Shown: one piece after another, positions 16,645 through 26,896 of the stretch | How the letters are laid out: every line of letters starts with the position of its first letter | How positions within the stretch are numbered: position 1 is the first letter of the stretch | DNA from: Chloroflexota bacterium | GTDB taxonomy: Bacteria; Chloroflexota; Limnocylindria; QHBO01 | Assembly (NCBI GenBank): GCA_038040195.1 | Contig: JBBPIR010000002.1 | Location: forward strand, 1,342 to 65,341 | Direction: 5' to 3' | DNA: 64,000 nucleotides | The notes under the pieces: generated by a model | Told to the model about the DNA's origin: nothing | What the model saw: the letters and a program-made list of their open reading frames with translations, nothing else | Databases searched by the model: none | Program-made: the position numbers and the translations under genes

Positions 16645-18294
16645 TTGACCTCTCCGTCGACTCGGGTCGCGGGGGACTTCCGCCGGCTGGTCGCAGTGGG
16701 CACACCGCTGCTTCGTCACCGGTCCATCACCCATCTGGGCGTTGCCGTCACTGCGCTTGCGGTGGCGGTGGTCGTCGCCATCCCCACCGCCCCTCTCATC
16801 AAGGCCGGCCTGATCGCAGCGCCCCCCGTGGAATCGATCCTGCCCGCCAACGTCGGGGTCGGGGTCGCCAGCGCCGACGGGGTCGTACTCCATTTCCCGG
16901 GTCCCATGGACCGCGCCGCGGTCCGCACGGCGCTTCGCCTCGTCCCGCGCACGGACGTCAGCTTCCTCTGGAACTCCGATTCGACCACCCTGGCGTTGGT
17001 GCCCAGGCTCCGTTGGGCGACCGACCAGCGGTACGTCATCCAGGTGCCCGCCGGCACGGCTCTGGCCGATCGCCGCGCGCTGGCGGCTGACTGGCGGGCA
17101 TCCTTCACCACCCAGACCGCCCCGCGGGTGATGAGCCTGGCCATCACGGAGGTGAGCGGGACCCCATCCGCGGATATCCCGACCGTGGTCCAAGAGGTCC
17201 TGGCCTCCGGCGGGGACCGGGATGCGGGTCTCAGCGCCGCCACCGACGACGTGGCGCCCGAGGCCAGCGCCGCCACGGGGATCGGTCTGACCTTCAGTGC
17301 CGCAATGGACCACTCCGCGACCGAGAACGCGTTCTGGATCACGCCCAGCGTGCCCGGCGCGTTCCAGTGGCAAGGGACGACGCTGTGGTTCGCGCCGGAG
17401 CAGCGTCTGGCGCCCGGCGTGCGGTATGCGATCAGCGTGGCCGGCGCCCGCGACGCGGATGGCATTCGGGTGGGCGGTGACACGAGCTTCTCGTTCGCCA
17501 CGCGCCCGAACGCCCAGGCGATGACGGTCAGCCCGGCCATCTGGGCTAGCGGCGTGACCGAGCAGACAGTGACCATCGGGTTCAGTCAACCCATGGACCC
17601 CGATGCCACGGCCGCGGCCTTCTCTCTTTCCGACACCACCAGCGGCCAGCCGGTGATGGGCCAGGTCGCCTGGAGCGCGGACGCGCGGTCCCTGACCTTC
17701 AGCGCGGGAGGCGCTCTCACGGAAGGCCACGAGTTCGTCGCCAACCTGGGAGCCGGCGCGCGCGACGCGGATGGCAACCCGGTCAGCATCTCGTGGCAGT
17801 TCTCGACCGCCGCTCCCGCGCGCACGTACACGGCGTACACGCCGTACACGCCGTACACGCCGGTTCCGGCGACGCCAGGCAGCTCGGACATGGTCCAGTA
17901 CGCGCTGAACCAGCTTAATTCCGCGCGTGCGTCCTATGGGTTCGCGCCCCTGACCCTGGATTCCGCCTTATCTGCGGTCGCCTACGGCCACGCCGCCGAC
18001 ATGCTGGCCAACGGCTATTTCAGCCACGACTCGCTGGACGGGACCACCTACAAGCAGCGGCTGACCAACGCGGGCATCTCGTACGGCTGGTCCGGCGAGA
18101 ACGCGTGCTACCTGGGCTACGGCGGCGGCGTCCAGGCCACGCTCGACTGGTGCCACGCCGCGTTCTGGTCCGAGCCATACCCGGGCGGCGGGAACCACAA
18201 GGACAACATCCTGCACCCCAACTACCGCCGGGTCGGGATCGGGATCGCGACCGGCTCGAACAAGGTGATAGTGGTCTGGGACTTCACCGACTGA
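16645..18294 (+). CDS. Membrane-anchored protein with three Big_5/SbsA-like Ig repeats and a C-terminal CAP/SCP (YkwD-like) domain
   Basis: TM ITHLGVAVTALAVAVVVAI. Three repeats of the ...F..PMD...A...F.L.P...G...W....L.F.P...L....Y.......ARD..G pattern. CAP domain NSARASYGFAPL...GHAADM...YFSH...GENA...HKDNILHPNYRRVGIG. The start is uncertain: TTG 16645 after AGGAG, or GTG 16696. Confidence 0.7.
   Translation: MTSPSTRVAGDFRRLVAVGTPLLRHRSITHLGVAVTALAVAVVVAIPTAPLIKAGLIAAPPVESILPANVGVGVASADGVVLHFPGPMDRAAVRTALRLVPRTDVSFLWNSDSTTLALVPRLRWATDQRYVIQVPAGTALADRRALAADWRASFTTQTAPRVMSLAITEVSGTPSADIPTVVQEVLASGGDRDAGLSAATDDVAPEASAATGIGLTFSAAMDHSATENAFWITPSVPGAFQWQGTTLWFAPEQRLAPGVRYAISVAGARDADGIRVGGDTSFSFATRPNAQAMTVSPAIWASGVTEQTVTIGFSQPMDPDATAAAFSLSDTTSGQPVMGQVAWSADARSLTFSAGGALTEGHEFVANLGAGARDADGNPVSISWQFSTAAPARTYTAYTPYTPYTPVPATPGSSDMVQYALNQLNSARASYGFAPLTLDSALSAVAYGHAADMLANGYFSHDSLDGTTYKQRLTNAGISYGWSGENACYLGYGGGVQATLDWCHAAFWSEPYPGGGNHKDNILHPNYRRVGIGIATGSNKVIVVWDFTD
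17826..17861 (+). repeat. 4 x 9-bp in-frame microsatellite (GTACACGSC), encoding YTA-YTP-YTP-YTP
   Basis: Read directly. It lies in the linker between the last Ig-like repeat and the CAP domain. Confidence 0.9.
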
Positions 18295-18370
18295 TCGGAG
18301 ACGGCCGGTAGGCGGTCGGTAAGCCGGCCAAAACGGGGGCTCACAGACCCGGTGCTACACTCGCCGACCG

Positions 18371-20626
18371 ATGGCGGGACCCAAGACCACGGGCGGCGAC
18401 CTCGTGATCGTCGAGTCGCCGGCCAAGGCGAAGACGATCGAGCGCTACCTGGGCGACGGCTACGGCGTGCTCGCCTCCTACGGTCATGTCCGGGATCTGC
18501 CCAAGCGCGGCCTGGGCGTAGATCTTGACAACGACTTCGCGCCTCGTTACGAGCCGCTGCCCGACCGGAAGGACGAGCTCAAACGCCTGACCGATGCGGC
18601 CCGCTCGGCGGGCCGGGTGTGGCTGGCCACCGACCTCGACCGCGAAGGCGAGTCCATCGCCTGGCACATCGCCGAGCACGCCGGCCTGTCGGAGGATCGC
18701 ATTCGTCGGGTGACGTTCAGCGAGATCACGCGTTCGGCCATCGAGAAGGCCTTCGCCAGCCCCCGGGAGCTGAACCGAGACCTGGTTGACGCCCAGCAGG
18801 CGCGGCGGATCATCGATCGGCTGGTGGGGTACAAGCTGAGCCCGCTGGTAGCCAGCAAGATCCGGCGCGGCCTGACCGCCGGCCGGGTCCAGAGCGTGGC
18901 GGTGCGGATCGTGGTCGACCGCGAACGGGAGATCCAGGCGTTCATCGCCGTCGAGTACTGGTCCATCGCGGCCGATCTCCGTCGCGGGGAGGCCGGCATC
19001 GCATTCCGGGTGGGGCTGACCCGGATCGACGGCCAGAAGGCCAAGATCAGCTCCCAGGACGAGGCCGACGAGCACCTCGCCGCGCTGCGCGACGCCCGCT
19101 ATCGGGTCTCGGACGTGACCCGCAGCCAGCGGCGCCAGGGTCCGCCGCCCCCGTTCACGACCAGCACGCTGCAACAGGAAGCCTCGCGCAAGCTCGGCTT
19201 CTCCGCCAGGCGGACGATGGCGGCGGCGCAGGCCCTGTATGAAGGCATCGCCCTGCCGGGCGGCCAGGAGGGCCTGATCACCTACATGCGCACCGATTCG
19301 GTTTCCATGGCCGCCGGGGCAGTGGCCGAGGCGCGCGACGTCATCGGGAGCCGCTATGGCGCCGCCTTCGTCCCCGAGCGGCCGAACGCGTTCCGCACCC
19401 GGACCCGCGGCGCGCAGGAGGCGCACGAGGCGGTCCGGCCCTCGAGCTTCGCGCGCACACCCGAATCGGTCCAGGGCGCGCTCAAGCCGGATCAGTTCCG
19501 GCTATATGACCTCATCTGGCGCCGGGCCATCGCCAGCCAGATGGCCGCCGCGCTGTTCGACCAGGTTGGGGTGGATGTCGAAGCCGGCCGCTACCTGCTG
19601 CATGCGGGGACCCGGCGCCGGGTGTTCGACGGGTACCAGGCGGTGTACATCGAAGGTCGGGACGACGAGGATGAGGAGGCCGCCACGCGACTGCCGGAGC
19701 TTGCGGTCGGCGAGGCGCTGGACCTGGTGGACCTGGCTGCGGAGCAGCACTTCACTGAGCCGCCGCCCCGGTACAGCGAGGCGACACTGATTCGGGCCCT
19801 GGAGGAGCATGGCATCGGTCGACCATCGACCTATGCGCCGACGATGGAGGTCATCCGGGCGAGGGGATACGTGACGCTCGAGGACCGGCGCCTGCACCCG
19901 ACCGAGGAGGCGTTCCTCCTGACGGACCTGCTGACCGGGCATTTCGCCGACGTCGTCGATCCGGCGTTCACCGCCCGCATGGAGACCCAGCTGGACGAGG
20001 TGGCAAGCGGCCGACGTGAGTGGGTTCCCATGGTGCGCGCGTTCTGGGAGCCCTTTGCCGAGCAGGTCGAACGCGGCAAGGTCGCCATCCCCAAGCAGGT
20101 CGAGGAGACCGACATCATCTGCCCGATTTCGGGCCACCCGATGCTGAAGCGGCTGGGCCGCAACGGGTGGTTCCTCGGCTGCAGCGGTTACCCCGAGTGC
20201 AAGCACACGATGCCGATCCCCGGCGAGACCGATCCGGCCATGGACCTGCCCGGTGTCGGCGAGACGTGCCCCGAGTGCGGCGAGGGGACCCTGACTCCGA
20301 AACGGGGCAAATTCGGCCCGTTCGTCGCGTGCAGCCGCTACCCCGACTGCCGCTACGTTCACCGTCCGGCAGCGGCCGCCGGCGGCGACGCGGATCCAGC
20401 CCATCCCGCGCCGGACCTCCCGGGCGCGGGCGAGACGTGTCCCGAGTGCGGTGAGGGCACCCTGACCCCGAAACGCGGACGGTACGGTCCGTTCCTGGGA
20501 TGCAGCCGCTACCCCGACTGCCGGTACATCCATCGCGCGGCGTCGGCGGGCAAGGCCCGGCCTGGGGCGGGACGCCGGCGAACGACGCGGCGCGCCGCGG
20601 GGCGTCGGACCTCCGCCGGTGGTTGA
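18371..20626 (+). CDS. topA: DNA topoisomerase I
   Basis: [24 protein letters not shown] and ATDLDREGE, active-site Tyr [11 protein letters not shown]-terminal 4-Cys zinc ribbons, basic tail. Confidence 0.95.
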   Translation: MAGPKTTGGDLVIVESPAKAKTIERYLGDGYGVLASYGHVRDLPKRGLGVDLDNDFAPRYEPLPDRKDELKRLTDAARSAGRVWLATDLDREGESIAWHIAEHAGLSEDRIRRVTFSEITRSAIEKAFASPRELNRDLVDAQQARRIIDRLVGYKLSPLVASKIRRGLTAGRVQSVAVRIVVDREREIQAFIAVEYWSIAADLRRGEAGIAFRVGLTRIDGQKAKISSQDEADEHLAALRDARYRVSDVTRSQRRQGPPPPFTTSTLQQEASRKLGFSARRTMAAAQALYEGIALPGGQEGLITYMRTDSVSMAAGAVAEARDVIGSRYGAAFVPERPNAFRTRTRGAQEAHEAVRPSSFARTPESVQGALKPDQFRLYDLIWRRAIASQMAAALFDQVGVDVEAGRYLLHAGTRRRVFDGYQAVYIEGRDDEDEEAATRLPELAVGEALDLVDLAAEQHFTEPPPRYSEATLIRALEEHGIGRPSTYAPTMEVIRARGYVTLEDRRLHPTEEAFLLTDLLTGHFADVVDPAFTARMETQLDEVASGRREWVPMVRAFWEPFAEQVERGKVAIPKQVEETDIICPISGHPMLKRLGRNGWFLGCSGYPECKHTMPIPGETDPAMDLPGVGETCPECGEGTLTPKRGKFGPFVACSRYPDCRYVHRPAAAAGGDADPAHPAPDLPGAGETCPECGEGTLTPKRGRYGPFLGCSRYPDCRYIHRAASAGKARPGAGRRRTTRRAAGRRTSAGG
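20243..20536 (+). repeat. Two 123-bp near-identical intragenic copies encoding the topA zinc ribbons
   Basis: 20243-20365 ([41 protein letters not shown]) and 20414-20536 ([41 protein letters not shown]). Confidence 0.85.
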
Positions 20627-21647
20627 TCCGGCCGCGGCCGCTCCGCGCCAGGCCGACGCAGCCGTTGAGCGCTTCATCTCCCATCTCGCAACCCGCAACG
20701 CCGCCCCCGGCACGCTGACCGAATACCGTCGAAACGTCAGCGAGTTCGTCGCCTTCGTGGCGGCCCGGGGCGTCGATTGGCACGCACCCGACCGGGCTAC
20801 CGTGCGCGCGTGGCTGGCTACCCTCGCCGAGCGGGAGCTATCGGCTTCCGCAGTTGGTTCCCGAGTCAGCGCAGTCCGAACCTTCTACCGCCATGCGGCC
20901 CGGCAGGGCTGGATCGAGGCCGATCCGCTGGCCGGCGTGCGGTCGCCCCGCCGACCCGGACGCCTCCCACGGGTGCTGACAGTTGACGAGGCCACCCGGC
21001 TCGTGGAGGCGCCCTCGCGCTGGACGGGAGACGGCCTGCCGGCCTCGAGCACCGCGACCCGCCGCAGGCAGGGGAATCGTGAGCTGGAGGCCTCTCTCCT
21101 CCGCCGGGACGCCGCCATCCTGGAACTGCTCTACGCCACCGGGATGCGCATCAGCGAGCTGTCGGGCCTGAGCCTGCCCGACGTCGACCTCGGTCGCCGG
21201 CGGCTGCGCGTGCTGGGCAAGGGCCGCAAGGAGCGCGACCTGATCTTCGGCCGGCCGGCGGCGGCGGCCCTGGGTGCCTACCTGATCGGAGCCCGACCGT
21301 ACCTGGCGTCGCGCGCGCCGGCATCGGGCCTCTCCGGCGGCGCCGTGTTCCTCAACGCGGCGGGTGGCGCACTCACGGCGCGCGGAGCGCGCCTGGTGGT
21401 CGCCCGTTGGGTGGGCGCCAGCCAGGTCGGTGGCCGCACCTCTCCCCACACCTTGCGGCATTCATTCGCAACCCATCTCCTGGAGGGCGGGGCAGACCTG
21501 CGGACCGTCCAGGAGCTGCTGGGACACGCGTCGGCGCAGACCACGCAGATCTACACCCATCTCTCGGATGCTGCCCTGCGCGCCGCGTACCGCGCCTCGC
21601 ACCCTCGATCAGAGAAGCTGCCCGCCGAGCCCTCGCATGACCGCTGA
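20619..21647 (+). CDS. xerC: Tyrosine recombinase XerC-like
   Basis: The start overlaps the topA stop by 8 nt. N-terminal SAM-like domain, ATGMRISEL (Arg), [39 protein letters not shown] (H-R-H-Y). About 20 extra residues lie before the catalytic domain. Confidence 0.85.
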   Translation: MVDPAAAAPRQADAAVERFISHLATRNAAPGTLTEYRRNVSEFVAFVAARGVDWHAPDRATVRAWLATLAERELSASAVGSRVSAVRTFYRHAARQGWIEADPLAGVRSPRRPGRLPRVLTVDEATRLVEAPSRWTGDGLPASSTATRRRQGNRELEASLLRRDAAILELLYATGMRISELSGLSLPDVDLGRRRLRVLGKGRKERDLIFGRPAAAALGAYLIGARPYLASRAPASGLSGGAVFLNAAGGALTARGARLVVARWVGASQVGGRTSPHTLRHSFATHLLEGGADLRTVQELLGHASAQTTQIYTHLSDAALRAAYRASHPRSEKLPAEPSHDR

Positions 21648-23229
21648 CCGCCCATCGGATCTGAGCGGCGCCGCGAGCGTGGTCCTGCGCGCCAGCCTGG
21701 TGATGACGGCCGCGGCGGTTGTCAGCCGGGTGCTGGGATGGATCCGCCTGCTGGTCATCGGCGCCGAATTCGGTGCGTCGAGCGAGCTCGACGCCTACCT
21801 GGCCGCGTTCCGGATCCCGGATGCCATCTTCCAGCTCGTCGTGGCCGGCGCCCTGTCAGCGGCGCTCATCCCGGTGTATGCCGGTTATCGAGCCCGCGGC
21901 GAGGTGGATGAAGGGTGGGAGCTGGCCAGCAACGTCATCAACCTGGTGGTGCTCGCGCTCGCGGCCCTGAGCGCGGTCATGGCGGTCGGCGCTCCCTGGC
22001 TGGTGCCGATCATCGCGCCCGGCTTCGACGCCGAGACGACCGCGCTGACGGTTCGCCTGACTCAGATCATGCTCATCAGCCCCGTCTTCATCGGCCTGGG
22101 TGCCGTGGTCAGCGGCCTTCTGCAGACCCATGGCACGTTCGGTCCGACGTCGATTGCGCCACTGGTCTACAACCTGGCGATCATCGGGGCGGCCGTTTTC
22201 GTCGCGCCGGTGATGGGCGTGGAAGCGCTCGCGGCCGGGGTGGTCGTCGGCGCTGTCGGCCACCTGGTGATCCAGCTTCCCGCACTGCGCCGACTCGACC
22301 CCGCGTGGCGGCCGCGGATTGACCTGCGGCACCGGGGCGTGCGCCGCGTGTCGGTCCTGATGGCACCGCGGGTGTTCGGCCTGGCGGCGGGTCAGGTCAA
22401 CCTGATCGTGAGCACCGCCCTGGCTTCAGGCCTGGCCGCAGGCAGCATCACCGCATTCACGTACGCCTTTCAGCTCAGTCAGCTGCCGGTCGGGATCATC
22501 GGCGTTTCGATCGCGGTGGCGCTGTTCCCAACCCTGTCGCGGGATGCGGCCTTGGGCCGCGCATCGGAGATCCGGCGACAGGTCAATGCCAGCCTGCGGG
22601 TCCTGTTCTTCGTCACCGCTCCGCTGGCTGCGCTCATGATCGTCCTGCACGGGCCGGTCGCCTCGGTCTTCTTCGAGTACGGGCTGTTCAGCGCCGAATC
22701 AGCCGATCGGACCGCATCCGCGCTGGCCTGGTTCGCGGTCGGCGTGCCGGCCCACGTCGTGGTCCACGTCTTGACCCGCGCCTTCTATGCGATGCAGGAC
22801 ACGCGCACACCGGTGGCCTGGGCGGTGGTGGCCGTGGTCGCCAACATTGGCCTGATGCTGTTGCTGGTTGGGCCGATGGGGGTCGAGGGCCTGGCGCTCG
22901 CGATTTCGATCAGCGCCACCGTGGAGGTCGTCGGCCTGCTGGCCGCGCTCCGCAGCCGGCTGGGCGGTCTGGATGGCCGCCTGCTGCTGGCGTCCTTCAC
23001 GCGCTCGGGAGTGGCCACCCTGGTGGCTTCATTGGCCATGCTCGGGGCGTTCCTCGGCACCATCGCCGCCCTTCCCGGTCTCGAAGAGAACGGTGTTGGC
23101 CGGCTGGTTCTCCTCCTCGTTCCGGCAGGCATCGGTGGAACGGCCTACATCGCCGCCGGCCTCGTCCTTCGCGCGCCCGAGCTGACCACCCTGCGCTCCA
23201 TCGCGGGCCGTCGACCCGCGGGCCCGTGA
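21637..23229 (+). CDS. murJ: Lipid II flippase MurJ (MviN)
   Basis: ATG 21637 overlaps the xerC end. [36 protein letters not shown] signature, polytopic membrane profile. Confidence 0.9.
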   Translation: MTADRPSDLSGAASVVLRASLVMTAAAVVSRVLGWIRLLVIGAEFGASSELDAYLAAFRIPDAIFQLVVAGALSAALIPVYAGYRARGEVDEGWELASNVINLVVLALAALSAVMAVGAPWLVPIIAPGFDAETTALTVRLTQIMLISPVFIGLGAVVSGLLQTHGTFGPTSIAPLVYNLAIIGAAVFVAPVMGVEALAAGVVVGAVGHLVIQLPALRRLDPAWRPRIDLRHRGVRRVSVLMAPRVFGLAAGQVNLIVSTALASGLAAGSITAFTYAFQLSQLPVGIIGVSIAVALFPTLSRDAALGRASEIRRQVNASLRVLFFVTAPLAALMIVLHGPVASVFFEYGLFSAESADRTASALAWFAVGVPAHVVVHVLTRAFYAMQDTRTPVAWAVVAVVANIGLMLLLVGPMGVEGLALAISISATVEVVGLLAALRSRLGGLDGRLLLASFTRSGVATLVASLAMLGAFLGTIAALPGLEENGVGRLVLLLVPAGIGGTAYIAAGLVLRAPELTTLRSIAGRRPAGP

Positions 23230-24281
23230 CGTTCCGTCCCGCGGTCGAAGCCGATCAGGACGCCTGGCAGGGGCTGCTAGCGCGCGAACCGAGCGGAGAT
23301 TTCCTGCATGACTGGGGATGGGCGGAGGTGGCTGCCCATGACGGGAACCCGCAGCGGCGCTATGTCGTGCTGGAAGGTGACACCCCGGTGGCGGCGGCGG
23401 CCGCCCAGGTACGCCGGCTGGCGCTCGGACGGAGCTTCTGGTACGTGCCTCACGGGCCCGTCACCGACTACGCCCATCCGGCCGCCGCGGCGCGCATCCG
23501 TGTGTTGGTCGAGGGGCTGGTGGGCGAGGCCCGGGCCGACCACGCGGTCGCGCTCCGTCTGGAGCCGCGCATCGAAAGCGGGGCGCCGGAGGTCGCCATC
23601 CTTGACGAGATGGCGCACCGGGTCCCGGAACGCCTCCAGGTGGGCCAGACCCGGATTGTTGACCTGGCCGACGACGACGCCCTGCTGGCGGGTTTCGACG
23701 CGGACACCCGGTATGGGGTTCGTCGAGCCGCCCGTGAAGGGGTCGAGATCAGCATCGACACCGATCCGCAAGACCGATCCGCCGTGGAGCGACTCCACGA
23801 GCTGGTGCGCGCGACCCAGCGCCGCGCCGGCTTCCGGCTGCCGCCCGTGGAGCGCTACTGGACCGCCTGGCAGGCCCTGGCCGGCGCCGGACGTGCGTGC
23901 CTGGTCGAGGCGCGACGCGGGGGCGAGACCCTCGCCATGGGGATGCTGGTGATCGAGGGCGAGCAGTCGTTCTATCTGTTCGCCGGCTCGCGGCGGGAGT
24001 CACCCGGTGAGCCCAAGCACTACGCCTCCTATGCCGCCCAGTGGGCCATGATGCGCGAGGCGCGCTCACGTAGTGCCCGCCGTCACGACCTGTGGGGCGT
24101 TGAACCGGCCGGTGCCGGACCAGACCATCCGTGGTACGGCGTGGGACTGTTCAAGAAGGGATTCGGGGGTCGTGGCGTGACCTGGGCCGGGAGCTGGGAG
24201 ATCGTGGTCGACCCGCTTGCCTACCGCCTGCGGGCCGCCGCGTCTCGCTTTCGGCGGCGCACGCCGCAGGACGTCCCGTGA
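23226..24281 (+). CDS. FemAB-family peptidoglycan aminoacyltransferase (FemX-like)
   Basis: GTGA overlap with murJ. FLHDWGWAEV...FWYVPHGPV and the C-terminal WGV...GVGLFKKGFGG pattern of FemAB/lipid II peptide-bridge transferases. Confidence 0.8.
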   Translation: MTFRPAVEADQDAWQGLLAREPSGDFLHDWGWAEVAAHDGNPQRRYVVLEGDTPVAAAAAQVRRLALGRSFWYVPHGPVTDYAHPAAAARIRVLVEGLVGEARADHAVALRLEPRIESGAPEVAILDEMAHRVPERLQVGQTRIVDLADDDALLAGFDADTRYGVRRAAREGVEISIDTDPQDRSAVERLHELVRATQRRAGFRLPPVERYWTAWQALAGAGRACLVEARRGGETLAMGMLVIEGEQSFYLFAGSRRESPGEPKHYASYAAQWAMMREARSRSARRHDLWGVEPAGAGPDHPWYGVGLFKKGFGGRGVTWAGSWEIVVDPLAYRLRAAASRFRRRTPQDVP

Positions 24282-25783
24282 CCGAGCGCGGCATCGGCCT
24301 CGGCGCCCTGGCCGACGCGGTGGATCCCGAGCGGGTGATCGGCGTGCCAGCCGGGGAGATCACCGGCCTGACTGCGCACAGTGCCGAGGTCGAGCCCGGT
24401 TCGGTGTTCTTCGCCATCCCCGGGGGGACGCACGACGGCTGGACCTTCGTCACGGAGGCCGCCTCGCGCGGCGCGGTGGCGGTCGTGGCCGAGCGCGAGA
24501 CGGCCGGCCTGGTCATTCCGCAGCTGATCGTGGCGAATGTCCGCCACGCGGTGGCGGACGCGGCCGACGCATGGTACGGACGGCCGTCCGCGCACCTGCG
24601 GGTGTACGGCATAACCGGCACCGACGGAAAGTCGACAACCGCGTTCCTCTCCGTGGGCATCCTGCTGGCCGCCGGCCGCCGACCGGGCCTGGTGGGGACG
24701 GTAGACACCCGGGTCGGTGACCAGCAGAAGGCCTCGACCAGCCGGACCACGACGCCGGAAGCCCTCGAGCTGCAGCGCCTGCTGGCCGACATGGTCGAGG
24801 CCGGCAATGACAGCGTGGTGATCGAAGCCACCTCGCATGGGCTGGCCCAGGCGCGGGTCCGCAACTGCCGCTTCGCGGTGGGCGTCGTGACGACCATCAC
24901 CAGCGAGCACCTCGAGTTCCACCGCACGCTGGATGCGTATCGGGCCGCCAAGGCCATCCTGGTCGAGGAGGCGCCGGTGGCGGTGCTGAACCGCGACGAC
25001 GACGCGTTTGAATACCTGCAGGATCGGGCGGCGGGCGCCGTGATCAGCTACGGCATCGACGCCGAGGCGGACATCCGCGCCACGGCCCTCGACCTCGGAC
25101 CGCATGGCAGCCGGTTCCACGTGACGGGGTCCCGCTGGTCGGGCCCGGTGACGATCCAGCTTCCCGGTCGCTTCAACGTCAGCAATGCCCTGGCCGCCCT
25201 CGGGCTGGCCCAGGCCGAGGACATTGACCTCGAGCAGGCCGCGGCCGCCCTGGCCGAGGTTCGCGGCGTCCCGGGCCGCATGGAGCGGATCGACATCGGC
25301 CAGCCCTTCGGGGTGATCGTCGACTACGCCCACACCGCCGATTCGCTGGCCAAAGTCCTGCGCGCGCTGCGGCCGCTGACGGCTGGGCGCCTGATCGCGG
25401 TATTCGGGTCAGCCGGCGATCGTGACCGCACCAAGCGATCGACGATGGGCCGTGTCGCCGGCGAGCTGGCTGACCTGGTGGTGGTCACCGACGAGGACCC
25501 GCGCAGCGAGTCGCCGTGGGAGATCAACGAGGAGATCGCGCAAGGCGCCCGCGACGCCGGGGCGCAGGAGCGCGAAACGCTGTGGATCATTGACGACCGC
25601 CGCTCGGCCATCGCCCATGCGCTGCGAATGGCGCAGGCCGGCGACATGGTGCTGCTGGCCGGCAAGGGGCACGAGCCGAGCATCATCTACGGCGACGACC
25701 GGCGCTGGTGGGACGAGCGCGAAGTGGCGCGCCAGGAGCTGCGCGGGATCGGATTCGGGACCGATGAGCCACCCGCCGCCTGA
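24278..25783 (+). CDS. murE: UDP-N-acetylmuramoyl-L-alanyl-D-glutamate--diamino acid ligase MurE
   Basis: GTGA overlap with the upstream gene. GITGTDGKSTT P-loop, Mur ligase middle and C domains, TDEDPR (DNPR-like) motif. Confidence 0.9.
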   Translation: MTERGIGLGALADAVDPERVIGVPAGEITGLTAHSAEVEPGSVFFAIPGGTHDGWTFVTEAASRGAVAVVAERETAGLVIPQLIVANVRHAVADAADAWYGRPSAHLRVYGITGTDGKSTTAFLSVGILLAAGRRPGLVGTVDTRVGDQQKASTSRTTTPEALELQRLLADMVEAGNDSVVIEATSHGLAQARVRNCRFAVGVVTTITSEHLEFHRTLDAYRAAKAILVEEAPVAVLNRDDDAFEYLQDRAAGAVISYGIDAEADIRATALDLGPHGSRFHVTGSRWSGPVTIQLPGRFNVSNALAALGLAQAEDIDLEQAAAALAEVRGVPGRMERIDIGQPFGVIVDYAHTADSLAKVLRALRPLTAGRLIAVFGSAGDRDRTKRSTMGRVAGELADLVVVTDEDPRSESPWEINEEIAQGARDAGAQERETLWIIDDRRSAIAHALRMAQAGDMVLLAGKGHEPSIIYGDDRRWWDEREVARQELRGIGFGTDEPPAA

Positions 25784-26858
25784 TCCGAACCGGCTGCGGG
25801 CCTGGCAGGTGACCGACGCGAAGGCGTGGGACGCCTTCGTCGAGGCCGCCGACCATCGAGCCTTCCCCCAGCTATGGGGCTGGGGCGAGCTGCGTCGTGA
25901 AGCGGGATGGCGCCCGCTTCGCCTGGCCGTGGGCCATGTTCCCGACCAGCCGCTGGCCGGCGTCCAGCTCCTGCTGCGCCGGGTGCCGCTCACCGGGTGG
26001 TCGTTGGCGTATGCCCCTCGGGGGCCTATTGGCGCCCTCGATGAACCGGCCACCCGCGACGCGCTTGTGGCCGGGCTGCGGGCCCTCGGTGACGAGGAGC
26101 GCATCGGCCGGGTTCGGGCTGATCCCGAGGTGACCCACGTCGATCCCTACGGCGCGGCCCTCCTGGCCGCGCCGTGGCGGGAAGCGCCCAAGGTCCAACC
26201 GCCCACCACTCGCCTCATCAACCTGACCCAGCCGTCGGACGAGCTGTGGTCGGCGCTGGCCCGCAAGCACCGCCAGTACGTCTCCAAGGCCGGCCGCGAG
26301 GGCGTGACCATCGAGCAGCTCGAACCGGATTCGGACCCATTAGCGACCGCGGCCGGATTGGCGGACTTCGACCGCATCTACCGCCTGACCGGTGACCGGG
26401 CCGGTTTCGCGGTCCGCGTTCCGGACTATTACCAGCGGGTGTGGGCCGCGTTCGCCCCGCAACGCCGCGCGCGGCTGTTCTTCGCCACGGCCGACGGGGA
26501 GCGGGTGGCCACGCTCCTCCACATGGTGTGTGGCGACCGAGTGGCCGAGGTGTACGGCGGGATGACCGAACGCGGCGCCGCTACGCGGGCCAACTACCTG
26601 CTGAAGTGGGAGGCCATTCGCGCCCTCCAGGCCGAGGGTCTGCGCACCTACGACCTGTGGGGCCTCGCCACCGGCGGGATCCGCAAGTTCAAGGAGGGCT
26701 ACGGCGGGACGGAGGTCACCTGGGTCGGGGCCCGCGATCTGGCCCTCAGCCGCCTCGGCGATACGGTGCTCGGCGTGGCCCTCGCCGGCTACCAGGCCCG
26801 CCAGCGACTGCGGTCCGTGGGCCGTCGGTCAGCGTCTCCGGCCCCAACTCCCGACTGA
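25764..26858 (+). CDS. Second FemAB-family aminoacyltransferase
   Basis: ATG 25764 overlaps the murE end by 20 nt. FPQLWGWGELR...LAYAPRGPIG and C-terminal YDLWGL...IRKFKEGYGG. Confidence 0.8.
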   Translation: MSHPPPDPNRLRAWQVTDAKAWDAFVEAADHRAFPQLWGWGELRREAGWRPLRLAVGHVPDQPLAGVQLLLRRVPLTGWSLAYAPRGPIGALDEPATRDALVAGLRALGDEERIGRVRADPEVTHVDPYGAALLAAPWREAPKVQPPTTRLINLTQPSDELWSALARKHRQYVSKAGREGVTIEQLEPDSDPLATAAGLADFDRIYRLTGDRAGFAVRVPDYYQRVWAAFAPQRRARLFFATADGERVATLLHMVCGDRVAEVYGGMTERGAATRANYLLKWEAIRALQAEGLRTYDLWGLATGGIRKFKEGYGGTEVTWVGARDLALSRLGDTVLGVALAGYQARQRLRSVGRRSASPAPTPD

Positions 26859-26896
26859 CCGTACCGGGCCACCGCAAGGCCCGTGCTAGGATCGAA

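Noticed and set aside
20619-21647. The tyrosine recombinases (also 48577-49473) as integrases marking a mobile element or island.
   Set aside because: Both have XerC/XerD-type N-terminal and catalytic signatures. They sit in conserved housekeeping strings (topA-xerC; nadK-xerD). There is no flanking tRNA, direct repeat, phage gene or transposase gene.
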